A stretch of DNA of 63,202 nt, the filler included, from an uncultured Myxococcia bacterium (lineage in GTDB: Bacteria; CAZTWC01): the NCBI GenBank assembly GCA_964617105.1. It is 10 parts of 10 records of this genome, joined end to end, with 100 filler letters (N's around TTAATTAATTAA, not from the genome) between each part and the next. Parts side by side here need not be neighbours in the genome. Positions count along the whole stretch, not along the records: positions 6,449 to 12,781 come from CAZTWC010000227.1; positions 12,882 to 19,157 come from CAZTWC010000228.1; positions 19,258 to 25,511 come from CAZTWC010000229.1; 7 more parts are not named here. One strand, given 5' to 3'. The translations under genes and the position numbers were made by a program. A model generated the notes under the pieces. That model was not told the DNA's origin and searched no databases. It saw only the letters and a program-made list of their open reading frames with translations. Below are positions 9,357-20,295 of the stretch, in pieces. The first letter of the stretch is position 1. The number at the start of each line of letters is the position of its first letter.

Positions 9357-11015
9357 TTGTCAAAGCCAGATCGGATCAAAACTGCCCAAAATAGTTGGGA
9401 AGAGGAAGTTTTAGCGCCAACCTTGAAAAAATGGCCTGAGCGCCAGGAGGAGTTTAACCTTTCCAACGGGGATAATCTGGATAGAGTATATTTGCCCCAT
9501 CAGCAGGATTATCTGGATGAGCTCAATTTTCCGGGACAATTTCCTTTTACTCGCGGGGTAAAGCCCACCATGCATCGAGGGCGCCTGTGGACTATGCGCC
9601 AGTATTCAGGTTTCGGCAGTGCCCGGGAAACCAATCAGCGTTTCCACTATCTTATGGAACAGGGGCAGACCGGATTGTCGGTGGCCTTTGATTTGCCAAC
9701 CCAAATGGGATACGACTCTGATCACCAAATGGCGGCCGGAGAGGTGGGTAAAGTAGGAGTGGCGATTTGTTCCCTGGCCGACATGGAAATTTTACTGGAA
9801 GGTATTCCTCTGGAGCGGATATCAACCTCCATGACTATCAATGCCACAGCCATTGTTCTTTTGTGTATGTATATTGCGGTGGCGGAAAAACAGGGCGTGA
9901 AGGCAGATTCGATTAAAGGGACTATTCAAAATGATATCCTCAAGGAGTATGTGGCCCGGGGTACCTATATTTTCCCCCCAGGGCCTTCTATGCGCCTGAT
10001 TACGGATATTTTTTCTTTTTGTCACCAAAATGTACCCAAGTTCAACACCATTAGTATTTCTGGCTACCATATCCGTGAGGCCGGTGCTAATGCAGTCCAG
10101 GAGTTGGCTTTTACCCTGGCCAATGGACTGGAATATGTTAGGGCAGCCCAAAAAAGCGGGCTGCAGGTTGATCAATTTGCCGGCCGCCTCTCTTTTTTCT
10201 TTAATGTCCACAATAACTTTTTGGAGGAGGTAGCCAAGTTCAGGGCTGCCAGAAGATTGTGGGCCAAATTGATGCGCCGGGAGGGGGCAAAAAAACCGGG
10301 CAGCCAGGCGTTAAGGTTCCATGCCCAGACAGCCGGCAGCACTTTGACCGCTCAGCAGGCTGAAAACAATATCATCCGGGTTACCTTACAGGCCCTGGCC
10401 GCAGTTTTAGGAGGAGTGCAGTCTTTGCATACTAACTCCTGGGATGAGGCTTTGGCTCTACCTTCTGAGGAGTCTGTGCGAATAGCCCTGAGAACTCAGC
10501 AGGTTATCGCCCACGAATCTGGTGTGGCTGACAGTATAGATCTTTTGGGCGGCTCTTATGCTTTGGAACAAATGACCGATAAATTGGAAAATCAAGCATC
10601 CAAATTGATCGATAAAATTGAGCAGATGGGTGGTGTTACTCAGGCCATTGAAACCGGTTTTATACAAAAGGCTATTGCAGATTCTGCCTATCAATACCAA
10701 CTGGAAGTGGAACGCTGCCAAGCGGTAATAGTGGGAGTAAATAAATTCCAGGTGGAAGAGGAGAAACAATACTCCACTCTAAAACTGAATGAGAAGACCG
10801 AGGATGACCAAATAAAAAAATTGCGCCAGGTCAGGCAGAACCGGGATGCTGAAAAGGCCACTAGAGCCTTGAAAGAACTGGAAAGTGCGGCCCGGGGCCA
10901 AGAAAATTTGATGCCATACGTACTAGCAGCAGTAAAAAGTTATGCGACCCTGGGCGAAATAAGCGATAGCCTGCGCCAGGTGTTTGGAGTTTACCAACCT
11001 GCTATTGTAGTTTAA
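9357..11015 (+). CDS. Methylmalonyl-CoA mutase large subunit
   Basis: WTMRQYSGF (Tyr), [25 protein letters not shown] (Arg), [12 protein letters not shown]; these specificity residues favour methylmalonyl-CoA over isobutyryl-CoA mutase. Confidence 0.9.
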   Translation: MSKPDRIKTAQNSWEEEVLAPTLKKWPERQEEFNLSNGDNLDRVYLPHQQDYLDELNFPGQFPFTRGVKPTMHRGRLWTMRQYSGFGSARETNQRFHYLMEQGQTGLSVAFDLPTQMGYDSDHQMAAGEVGKVGVAICSLADMEILLEGIPLERISTSMTINATAIVLLCMYIAVAEKQGVKADSIKGTIQNDILKEYVARGTYIFPPGPSMRLITDIFSFCHQNVPKFNTISISGYHIREAGANAVQELAFTLANGLEYVRAAQKSGLQVDQFAGRLSFFFNVHNNFLEEVAKFRAARRLWAKLMRREGAKKPGSQALRFHAQTAGSTLTAQQAENNIIRVTLQALAAVLGGVQSLHTNSWDEALALPSEESVRIALRTQQVIAHESGVADSIDLLGGSYALEQMTDKLENQASKLIDKIEQMGGVTQAIETGFIQKAIADSAYQYQLEVERCQAVIVGVNKFQVEEEKQYSTLKLNEKTEDDQIKKLRQVRQNRDAEKATRALKELESAARGQENLMPYVLAAVKSYATLGEISDSLRQVFGVYQPAIVV

Positions 11016-11070
11016 ATACCACCACCATCTACTACAGGAAGATGGACACCAGAGGAGAGGATACCCTACA

Positions 11071-12781
11071 TTGGCTGATTTAATACGCAAAAGGAAATCT
11101 TTTTGTCTTTTTGAGACCCTATACCTGCTGATCCTTGGTCTTATGGGATGGGCTGTTCTCATATATATATCTTTTATCAATACTCCCCAGACTTTTATTA
11201 ATCAGTATACCCCTTTGTTTTTCCTTTTTTTGCTGTTGGGTTTTTTTTCCCGGATGATGGCTTTCTCCGTAAAGGGGATTACCGATGTCAGTTTGGATTC
11301 GGCCTATTATATGGCTGCAGTATTTGTGATCAAATCGATTCCTGCTGCCTGGGTGGTGGTGATCTGTTTTGGAATCGATTACATTATTCGTTGGGTGCAG
11401 AGAGAACATCTGGGCCAGGGAACTTTTAGACCTTTATATTACAATGTGGCCAGAATAATCCACAATACTGGGGCCATTGCAGTGTTGTTACCCATGATGG
11501 GTTATATCTTCAATTTGGATCGTATCGATTTTGCCTCTCATAATCACCCGGTCTGGTCTATTGTCCTTTATGTGGTTTTACTGTCTATCATCTTTTTGAT
11601 AACCCATTATTTTATCGCCTGTATTCGTTTCTGGCTGGCTGGCAACAGTTGGGACAGCGTCATTTTCGAAGTGGTGATCCCTTCGGTAAATGCGGAGTTG
11701 TTGGTAATCCCCTTCAGTATTATAATGGTGGCGGTTTATTCTCCCCAACAGCCTTTTATCTTGGTAATTCTGGCAGCAGCCTGCATGTTGATCAATTTCG
11801 TGTTCAAGAAACTGTCAGATGCTTCTGGAGAGTTGAGCATGCGGATTAGTGAGTTGACCACCATAAACAAGATCGGCAGAGAGATTAACTCCTCTTTGCA
11901 ACTAAATATTATTTTTGCCCGCTTGGCCGGGGAAACCTTAAAATTAATGGATTCTTCTTCCCTTTTTATAATTGGCATAAACAATGTAAAAACCCGGCGG
12001 GTTTATATGGAGATTTTTAATGCTGATGGTAAAAGTATAGAGCAGAAAGAGTTAAATTTTGGGGCAGGGTTAAGCGGGTACGTGATGAAAAACCGCCAAA
12101 CTTTGCAATTGAATAATCTGCAGGTGGAGCGAGGGAAATATATTGATTCGGATCGGTATAAAGATCCTGAATTTCATTCCTGGTTGGGGGTACCTCTTCA
12201 ATTTCACGAGGAGTGCGTGGGAATAATCAATGTGCAGAGTAAAATAAGGAATGCTTATAGCGAAGACAATATTCGGTTGATGGAATCGATCGCTCAGCAG
12301 GCCACTGTGGCCATCCAAAATGCTAAACTATACGAGTTGGCCACTATCGATGGTTTGACCCAGGTTTATGTGAGGCGTTATTTTGACCACAGGCTCAGCG
12401 AGGAGTGGGAGCGTTGCCGCCGGTACAACACTTTTTTCTCCCTGGGAATGTTTGATTTGGATCACTTTAAGAATTTAAATGATCAGTACGGTCACCAGGT
12501 GGGAGATTATGTTTTACGCAAGATATCGGCTATTTTAAAGCAAAATATGAGGAATATTGATATCCCGGCCCGTTATGGAGGGGAGGAGTTTACTTTTATT
12601 TTACCCCGCACCAGCGCGGAGGATGCCTTTATTGTGGCAGAGCGGATTCGCAAAGATATTGCCAGACATGAGTTGAAGGTGGGCGATGAAACTATTAACG
12701 TAACCGCCTCTTTTGGTATAGCCTCCTATCCTGAATCTGGCCGCGACAATCATGAAACTTTGCTGGAAAATGCCGATTTTG
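11071..12781 (+). CDS. Membrane sensor GAF-GGDEF diguanylate cyclase, 3'-partial
   Basis: Multi-TM N-terminus, GAF domain, DLDHFKNLNDQYGH, I-site RNID, ARYGGEEF. Confidence 0.92.
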
Positions 12782-12881
12782 NNNNNNNNNNNNNNNNNNN
12801 NNNNNNNNNNNNNNNNNNNNNNNNNTTAATTAATTAANNNNNNNNNNNNNNNNNNNNNNNNNNNNNNNNNNNNNNNNNNNN

Positions 12882-15800
12882 TCTCTTCCACTAACCACAG
12901 TAATAGTGCCGGTTCTCCTGATCATCAGCAGTTGCGGATATGAGGGGGAAGGATTTAATACACAGCCCAATACTCCCTTTGAAATGGCTGTAACCGAGGT
13001 TCAACTGGACATCAGCAGCAAGGCTCCCATTGCCTCGGCCGGGCCTGATGCTGCTTACTATGACCAGAGTGCGGTTAATACTGCAACTAGTATCACTCTG
13101 GATGGGTCGGGAAGTTATGACCCTAATCAGGATGAGATCTCCTATCTCTGGACTCAGGTGGATAATGNNNNNNNNNNNNNNNNNNNNNNNNNNNNCCGCT
13201 ATATGTGCAACTTAGCAGTGCTGCTGCTCAAAAGCCGGCATTCAATGCTCCAAATGTGGTGATTACCAAATATCTGTACTTCAAACTAACTGTCACTGAT
13301 GAAAATGCTCTGGATAGCGAGCCCGATTATGTGAAGATCACTATCAACAACAAGTATAATGACCAACCCATTGCTCAGGCTGGTGATGATTTAAGCCGGG
13401 GTGAAAACCAGGTAGTCCAATTAACCGGCCAGGGCAACGATCCCAACCAAGACCAGATAACTTTCAAATGGAAACAAATATGGGGACCTGAAGTCAAGAA
13501 CCTGACTGGAGAAAACAGTGCTCAACTCGATTTTGTCACCCCTCAAGTCTATAAAGATGAAGTGGTAATTTTCAAACTCACGGTTACTGATGATAAAGGT
13601 GGAAAAGGGGAAGACCAAATAACCATTTCCATTGCCAACGATATTAACGAGGCTCCCACATTGGTGGTGGAGGTCAGGATTGAAGATAAATCGGTCCAGG
13701 TGGAAAATGGTACCATCAATATCCTGGAAGGGGAAAAACTAGAGGTGGCGATCAGCAAGAGTTACGACCCGAACCAGGATGAGATAGAATTTACGGCTGA
13801 TTTTGACACCCCGCCCATTCCTACCGGTTTTGGCGCCTCCTTTAACCAAAATACCGCTATCTTTTCCCTCACTGCTGAATACGGTAAAAACGGCAGCCAG
13901 TCAGATGGCCCTTTTACCTTGAAATTAAAAGTGGAAGACAGCGGCAATTTAAGTGAACAACGCACTCTGACCATCAAAATAACCAATGTAAACCGCCAGC
14001 CTCAACTTGAACCTCTTACTAACCGCAGCATCAACGAGGGTGAGAAACTGATTGTTACACTGGATGGAAGCGATATTGACCAGGATCAGATTACTTACAG
14101 AGCCACCAACCTACCTTTGGGCAGCCAGTTAGAGGGCAACATATTTTCTTTTACTCCCAATTTTGGTCCTAACGGCCGCAGTGCTGACGGGCCTTTTGAA
14201 GTTATCTTTTCAGTGGAAGACAACGGCCAGCCTCCATTAAAGGTGGTGCAAAAACTGCAAATTCAAGTAAACAATATAAACCAGGCTCCTTTTTTCAAAC
14301 CGGTTGCCAAGCAAGTTGTTCAGGAAAATAGCCAATTGGTGATCATCCTCCAAACCAGTGATCCTGATAGTGATATTATGGTTTTACAAGAGGAAAAATT
14401 GCCTCCTGACAGTAGTTTTAATCCAAGTAATGGTAAGTTGACCATAACTCCTGGTTATGAATCTACCGGAAAATACCCGGCCATTTTCAAGGTCATTGAC
14501 AATGGTCTTCCTCCCCTGGCCGGGCGGCTGGAGTTCCAGGTGGAGATTACCAATACTAACCGGGCCCCGGTTTTGACCGTTCCTGGCCCCCAAACCGTTA
14601 AAGAGAATCAGGAGAACTCCTTCACGGTTTCAGGCAGTGATCTTGACGGCAACCAGGTGAGTATCAAGGCAGAAAATATGCCAACCGGTGCCCAGTTTGA
14701 TCTGGATACAAATTCTGGTATTTACACTTTTAAATGGCGTCCAGATTTCTCCCAGGCAAAACATGGCCAACCTGGATTGATAAAAGTGGTTTTTAAGGCT
14801 ACTGATGATGGCATCCCCTCCCTGGAGGTGTTAAAAACAGTGGATATTACCGTAAAAAATGTTAATCGTCCTCCAAAGATCGAACTTTTAGAGCAGTTTA
14901 GTTTTAATGAGCAGCAGCAGGTGGTATTAAGCGGAGATCTATCCAAAGATCCTGACGGACAAACCCTCACTTTTGTTTGGAGCCGCACTGACAAAAATCC
15001 TTTGCCTGTGGTGATGGCTGGTCAGAACAGTGCCCATTTACAATTAAAATTACCCGTAGTGTATACGCCGGAAGAATTGGCTTTTACGCTGGAGATTTTT
15101 GATGAAGAGGGGGCAAAAGACCAAAAATCGGTTAAACTGCTTGTCAACGACAATATCAACGAAATGCCGGTTGCTGATTTTATGGTAAAATTTCCCTCAA
15201 TGGCCATGGCAGTGTTAAACGAAATCCAATTGGATGGCACCAAATCTTATGACCCGAATGAGGAAAAACTCACCTATATCTGGCGGGTGGATGGTAAAAT
15301 TAAGGGTATTATATTGGCCAATCCCTTTTTCAAGTGTTCTCTGCTAAAAGGCCGCTCCTTGATCTCTCTTGAAGTGGTGGACGAGCGAAATGGCCGCCAC
15401 AGTTCCTCAAAAATTATCGAGATCAACAACAGTCCGCCTAAGGCAATAGCGGGAAATGACCAATTAGTTGTGGCTACTGGTATGGAGACAGAAATCAGCC
15501 TGAATGGCAGCGGGTCCACCGACGTGGATGGTGATAAACTGAACTACTTTTGGCTTAAAGGTGGTAGTCTTTTAGCCCAGGGACAGACAGCCAAAACAAA
15601 ATTGGCCCCTGGAAATCATCTCCTCACCTTAAAAGTAACTGATGGACAACTTTCAGACCAGGACCAGTTAAAAGTAGAAATTCTGGTTGAGGCTCCCCAG
15701 GTGACAATTCTATCACCGCAAAATGAAAAAACCCTGGACCCTGGAATTATTGCTATTAAAGCAGAGGTCAACAGTAAATTTGACCAACCTGTAAAAGTTA

Positions 15801-17254
15801 CCTGGGAACAGATATCTGGCCCTGAAACCGGGATTTTCATTGATAAACACCAGACAGAAACCTCTTTTATCGCCCGGACAGAGGGGAAATATATTTTACA
15901 GATTAAAGCGGAGTCCATGGGTAAAACAGGAAAAGAAGAGATGGAAATTACCATCAAAGATATTCCTCCCCAGGCCAAAATTGACGGACCGAAACAGGGG
16001 GTGCCTGGTTTTGCTCTTAGGATTTCCGGCCATGGCAGTTATGATCTAAATGGCCCATTATCAGCCTATAATTGGCAATTGGTTCAGGGGCCGACGGGAA
16101 ACAGTGCCCTGGGTGAGTTGTCCAGGAAACGGCAATTAACTTTCACCCCAGACCAGGAGGGTGAATACCTGTTTGAATTAAAGGTGACCGACAAAAGCGG
16201 TTCTACCAGCCAAGCAGCCACCCATAACCTTAAAATTATTGATCCCAAAACCGGAGATCACCCGCCGCAAATTGTATTTTACACCCAGGATCTGCAGGAA
16301 AAAGGGGAAATAATCCTCCATGCGGGCGACAGTTATGACCCGGATGGCGACAAACTTACCTCTCATTGGCAACAAACCGATGGCCCGCAACTGAACTTAT
16401 CCGCGGCAGGGCTGTTACAATTCCTCTCCCCTCCAGAGGCTGGAGAAAATGGAGCCAAAATTGATGGTAATATGCCTAAGATCTTAGCGGTGGATGCCAA
16501 TCAGGAGGGGAAATACTCTTTTAAATTGACTATTTCAGACCAACAAAACAGTTTTCAGGCTGAAACCTCTGTACAAGTATTCGATCCAGCCAAAGGCAGA
16601 CCGCCAGTGCCAGATGTGGTTAGCAGGGTAAAAGGGCACCTGTTTGAAACCATCCATTTGGATGCTTCATCAAGTGCAGACCTTGACCAGGACAATCTCT
16701 CTTATCTCTGGCGCCAACTGGAAGGACAAACTGTGGATATCCAGGGAAAAAATAATGCCAAAGCCAGTTTTTTCGCCTCAACGCCGGGAAAACTGGTATT
16801 CAAAGTTGATGTATCAGATACAAAATTTACCCGTACCAGCAAAGAAGTGACAGTGCTGATTGCCAACCAGGGTGACCAATTGCCAAAAGCCGGAATTAAA
16901 GTTGATAAAACTTTTTTTAATTTAGGAGATACGGTTACTCTGGACGGCAGCGACAGTTATGACCCGGAAAAAGAGAAACTCACTTATCATTGGCGGCAAT
17001 TACGAGGACCAAAAGTGCTGGCCCATAATTTTCAGGACGCCAAAATATCTTTTCAACCTCTTTATGCCGGGCAGTATATTTATGCTCTTATGGTAAATAA
17101 TGGAAAAAACAGCAGTTTTGAAGATTACCTATTTTTTGAAGTAGGACAACTCCAAACCGATAGATCCGGGACAGAGAGTTTAGATTATGGTGCCTATCCT
17201 CCCTCTTTGGAAACCATTGAGGAAGGTGGCTGCAATTGTAGTGTGGTTAAGTAA
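12882..17254 (+). CDS. Giant PKD/K319-like and Ig/cadherin-like repeat surface lipoprotein; one gene spanning the 28-N gap at 13168-13195, 5' end clipped
   Basis: Lipobox ISSC near contig start; many LDGSxSYDPxxDxLxYxWxQ and NxAP repeats; ends GGCNCSVVK. Confidence 0.85.
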
Positions 17255-18816
17255 TGTTTAATGCTAACTTTAAAATGCGGACTCTCCTGCTGTTATTGGC
17301 GGGGTTTCTCCTGATGTTAAGCCAATCCTGCGGTCGGGAGAAAATGAAACTGGTGATGCCGGGCGATATAATCGGTCAATGTCTTCGCCAAAGCAGCGGG
17401 CACAAGATAGCGCTCGGTTTAAACAGAGTGCAGGATATCGTCAAACGCACCCAGGTTAATTACCACCAGGAAAACGGCCAGGAAAACAACCAAACAGCCG
17501 CCAATGACAAAAAAAATATTAACGGCTGCCTGATTATGACTATAGCCTCTGAACAGTCCATAAAAACCAAAGATGCTTTCTACTTTAACCTCTCCAGCCA
17601 GGGACAGATCGCTTTTCAAGACCTGAAGGGAAATACTATCTCTCCACGGTTCGAAGCAAATAAACAGGAGGTGGAAAACGCCACCTATCATCTTTCTCTC
17701 ATAGCCGGGCCTGAATATACAACCTATTGCCATGGTTTTACCAGCCTGGCTAACTGTAAAAAAGAGGAGGGATGCCTGGCTATTTTTAGTTACCAAATCG
17801 TTCTTAACCCGGTTTCGGCAGAAAGTGACGGAAATAAAGATTATATCTCTTGCCAAACCTGCTTTTCAGAAACACTATGCGATGGGTTGGCCAACGAATG
17901 CAACAAAGCCAAAGATCAGGGGTGCCTCTGTCAGGAGAAAGCGCAACGTCCCTGCGGTATCGACCGGGGAATCTGCCGGCCAGGCCACCAGATTTGCCAA
18001 GACAATATCTGGTCATCCTGCCGGGGAGCCCGCGAGGAAGAGACGGAAAAGTGTGACGGCCTGGATAATGACTGCGATGGTAATGTGGACGAAGATTTCA
18101 AATTCTCCACCAGTGTTGAGCACTGCGGCTCTTGCGGCAACCTTTGTCTGGCGCCTTTAAACGCCGAACCCAAATGCGTGCAGGGCGAATGTAAATGGGT
18201 GTGTCACGACAACTTCGAAATACCCATAGGCGGGGATGGGTGTACTTGTAAAAAACATCCTCGCGGCCTGGAGGTATGCGATGGCTTTGACAACGATTGC
18301 GATGGGGAGATCGATGAAGAGTTTGATCTGAAAACCGACCTGAAAAATTGCGGTTTTTGTGGTAATGTTTGTCAGGCTGGTCCTCGCGGCAGTCCTACTT
18401 GCCAAAATGGTATCTGCCTGCTTTTATGCCAATCTGGTTACCTGGACCGCGATGGCCTGACCACCAATGGGTGTGAATGTGAAACCGGTCAAGTCGAGAT
18501 ATGTGATAGTAAGGATAACGACTGCGATGGGCTGATTGATGAAGATAATATTTGCCAGGGAGAGCCGTGTAAACAGGATGCGGACTGCTGCGGAAAAGAT
18601 CCCTGTTCATTAGAATGCCATTTAGACTGGCCCGGAGGACTTTGCAGTAACAAGTGCAATACCAACAGTAATTGCTCTTTAGGGTCCCTGTGCAGTAAGG
18701 AGGAAATATGCCTCCCTATTTGCCATTCATCTTATAATTGCCGAAACGGTTATAAATGTTTAAAAAAACCGTTGAAGGAAACCGGGAAAGAGGAACAGTT
18801 CCTGTGTACGAAATAA
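17254..18816 (+). CDS. Cys-rich lipoprotein with DNDCDG (MopE-related) and CGxCGNxC repeats
   Basis: Signal LLLLLAGFLLMLSQSC; three CD-x2-DNDCDG-x2-DE repeats; TAATG coupling to the upstream gene. Confidence 0.85.
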   Translation: MFNANFKMRTLLLLLAGFLLMLSQSCGREKMKLVMPGDIIGQCLRQSSGHKIALGLNRVQDIVKRTQVNYHQENGQENNQTAANDKKNINGCLIMTIASEQSIKTKDAFYFNLSSQGQIAFQDLKGNTISPRFEANKQEVENATYHLSLIAGPEYTTYCHGFTSLANCKKEEGCLAIFSYQIVLNPVSAESDGNKDYISCQTCFSETLCDGLANECNKAKDQGCLCQEKAQRPCGIDRGICRPGHQICQDNIWSSCRGAREEETEKCDGLDNDCDGNVDEDFKFSTSVEHCGSCGNLCLAPLNAEPKCVQGECKWVCHDNFEIPIGGDGCTCKKHPRGLEVCDGFDNDCDGEIDEEFDLKTDLKNCGFCGNVCQAGPRGSPTCQNGICLLLCQSGYLDRDGLTTNGCECETGQVEICDSKDNDCDGLIDEDNICQGEPCKQDADCCGKDPCSLECHLDWPGGLCSNKCNTNSNCSLGSLCSKEEICLPICHSSYNCRNGYKCLKKPLKETGKEEQFLCTK

Positions 18817-18883
18817 CTTGAAATGATATGAAGAATAATATAGTAAATTGACTGAGTGAAATAATAAAAGGGAGTTAATATTA

Positions 18884-19157
18884 ATGTCTGCCACTGATAA
18901 TCCAAGTAATAAAACCCTGGTCATGCCTTCTCAGTCTGAAAATGGACAGCAGGAAAACGATGATTTAGAAAAAAAAATACAGCAAAGGTTTAAATACAAA
19001 GAATCAGATCTTCTGGGCTTAGGGGGGATCGCCAAAGTTTATAAAGCCTATGATACCAAGTTGGAACGCTTTGTGGCCATAAAAAAAATGTCGGAATTGG
19101 CAGCAGGCAATCTGGAACTGATTATACGCTTTATTAATGAAGCCAAATCGGTTGCCA
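18884..19157 (+). CDS. Ser/Thr protein kinase, 3'-partial
   Basis: LGLGGIAKVYKA..VAIK..RFINEA (Hanks subdomains I-III). Confidence 0.85.
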
Positions 19158-19258
19158 NNNNNNNNNNNNNNNNNNNNNNNNNNNNNNNNNNNNNNNNNNN
19201 NTTAATTAATTAANNNNNNNNNNNNNNNNNNNNNNNNNNNNNNNNNNNNNNNNNNNNT

Positions 19259-20254
19259 GATGATCGTCGAAATGTATTAAGACAAATTCTTAGACCCGGT
19301 CTGGGACAGTCTTTTATAACCGGACTGATTGTTACTATTTTGGGCACTCCTTGCACAGCACCTTTCATCGCTCCGGCTATGGGGTTTGCTTTGTCGGGCA
19401 GTGTGGCGGTGATTTTATTGTTTTTTATCACTGCTGGGTTGGGATTGGCTTTTCCTTTTTTATTTCTAGCGGTTTGGACCGGTTGGGTTAATATGCTTCC
19501 TAAACGCTGGGATTCGCCGGTGTGGAACAATTTTAGCCGTGCTCTGGGCTTTTTATTAATCGGTACTTCTATTTGGCTGCTGGAAGTTTTGGCCAATCAA
19601 ATTGGGATAAATGGGATGGTTCGGGTTCTCTGGTTTCTATTAGGCACCGGTATTGTGGCCTGGCTGCTGGGCCTGTTTTTCAAACCCGAACCTGGTCAAC
19701 TCCAGGCCATGCAAGAACACTATCCGCCCCGCACCAGGGTCAAAATTATCTTGATCGCCGTGGTTTGCCTGATTTTTCTGGGCGCTATAACTCTCAACTT
19801 GGATGATTACCAGCAACAGGAAACAACAAAGGTATCTGCTGCTTTTCCAGAGGAGAGTGGGAAGAATTTGATCAAGTGGCAGTCTTTTGATGAGCAGGAG
19901 TTAAATCGTTTAAACCAAAACGGCAAGACTATTTTTATAGATTTTACCGCTCAGTGGTGCCTTAATTGCAAGGTAAACGAATATGCCATCATTGAAACCG
20001 AAGAGATCGCTGCGGCTTTTGAGAAAAATGGAGTCACGGCTATGAAGGCTGATTACACCCTCTACCAACGGAATATCTTAAAGTGGTTGAATGCTTTTGG
20101 CCGTGGTGGTGTACCCATGTACCTGGTTATTCCACCCTGCGGCGTCCTTAAAGATGTGAAACCGCTGCCAGAAATATTGACCAGCAATATCCTGCTGGAG
20201 GCAATACAAAAAGCCGGTCCCAGCCGTCAGAGTTGTGAATCAATCAATCAATAG
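19259..20254 (+). CDS. dsbD: DsbD-like thiol:disulfide interchange protein (TM domain plus thioredoxin), 5'-partial
   Basis: GTPCTAPF TM motif; FIDFTAQWCLNCKVNE thioredoxin; GRGGVPMY. Confidence 0.85.
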   Translation, partial: DDRRNVLRQILRPGLGQSFITGLIVTILGTPCTAPFIAPAMGFALSGSVAVILLFFITAGLGLAFPFLFLAVWTGWVNMLPKRWDSPVWNNFSRALGFLLIGTSIWLLEVLANQIGINGMVRVLWFLLGTGIVAWLLGLFFKPEPGQLQAMQEHYPPRTRVKIILIAVVCLIFLGAITLNLDDYQQQETTKVSAAFPEESGKNLIKWQSFDEQELNRLNQNGKTIFIDFTAQWCLNCKVNEYAIIETEEIAAAFEKNGVTAMKADYTLYQRNILKWLNAFGRGGVPMYLVIPPCGVLKDVKPLPEILTSNILLEAIQKAGPSRQSCESINQ

Positions 20255-20295
20255 TTCTGGTAGCCGGTCGTCGAAAGTTAATGCTGTACCGTGCA

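Noticed and set aside
12906-13262. Separate small gene upstream of the PKD protein
   Set aside because: The frame change coincides with an estimated-length 28-N gap inside one repeat unit, so this is most likely one gene
17240-17260. Programmed frameshift fusing the adhesin GCxC motif to the next gene's hydrophobic signal
   Set aside because: The downstream frame has a TAA at 17248-17250 just before its ATG and there is no slippery sequence; simple translational coupling is sufficient
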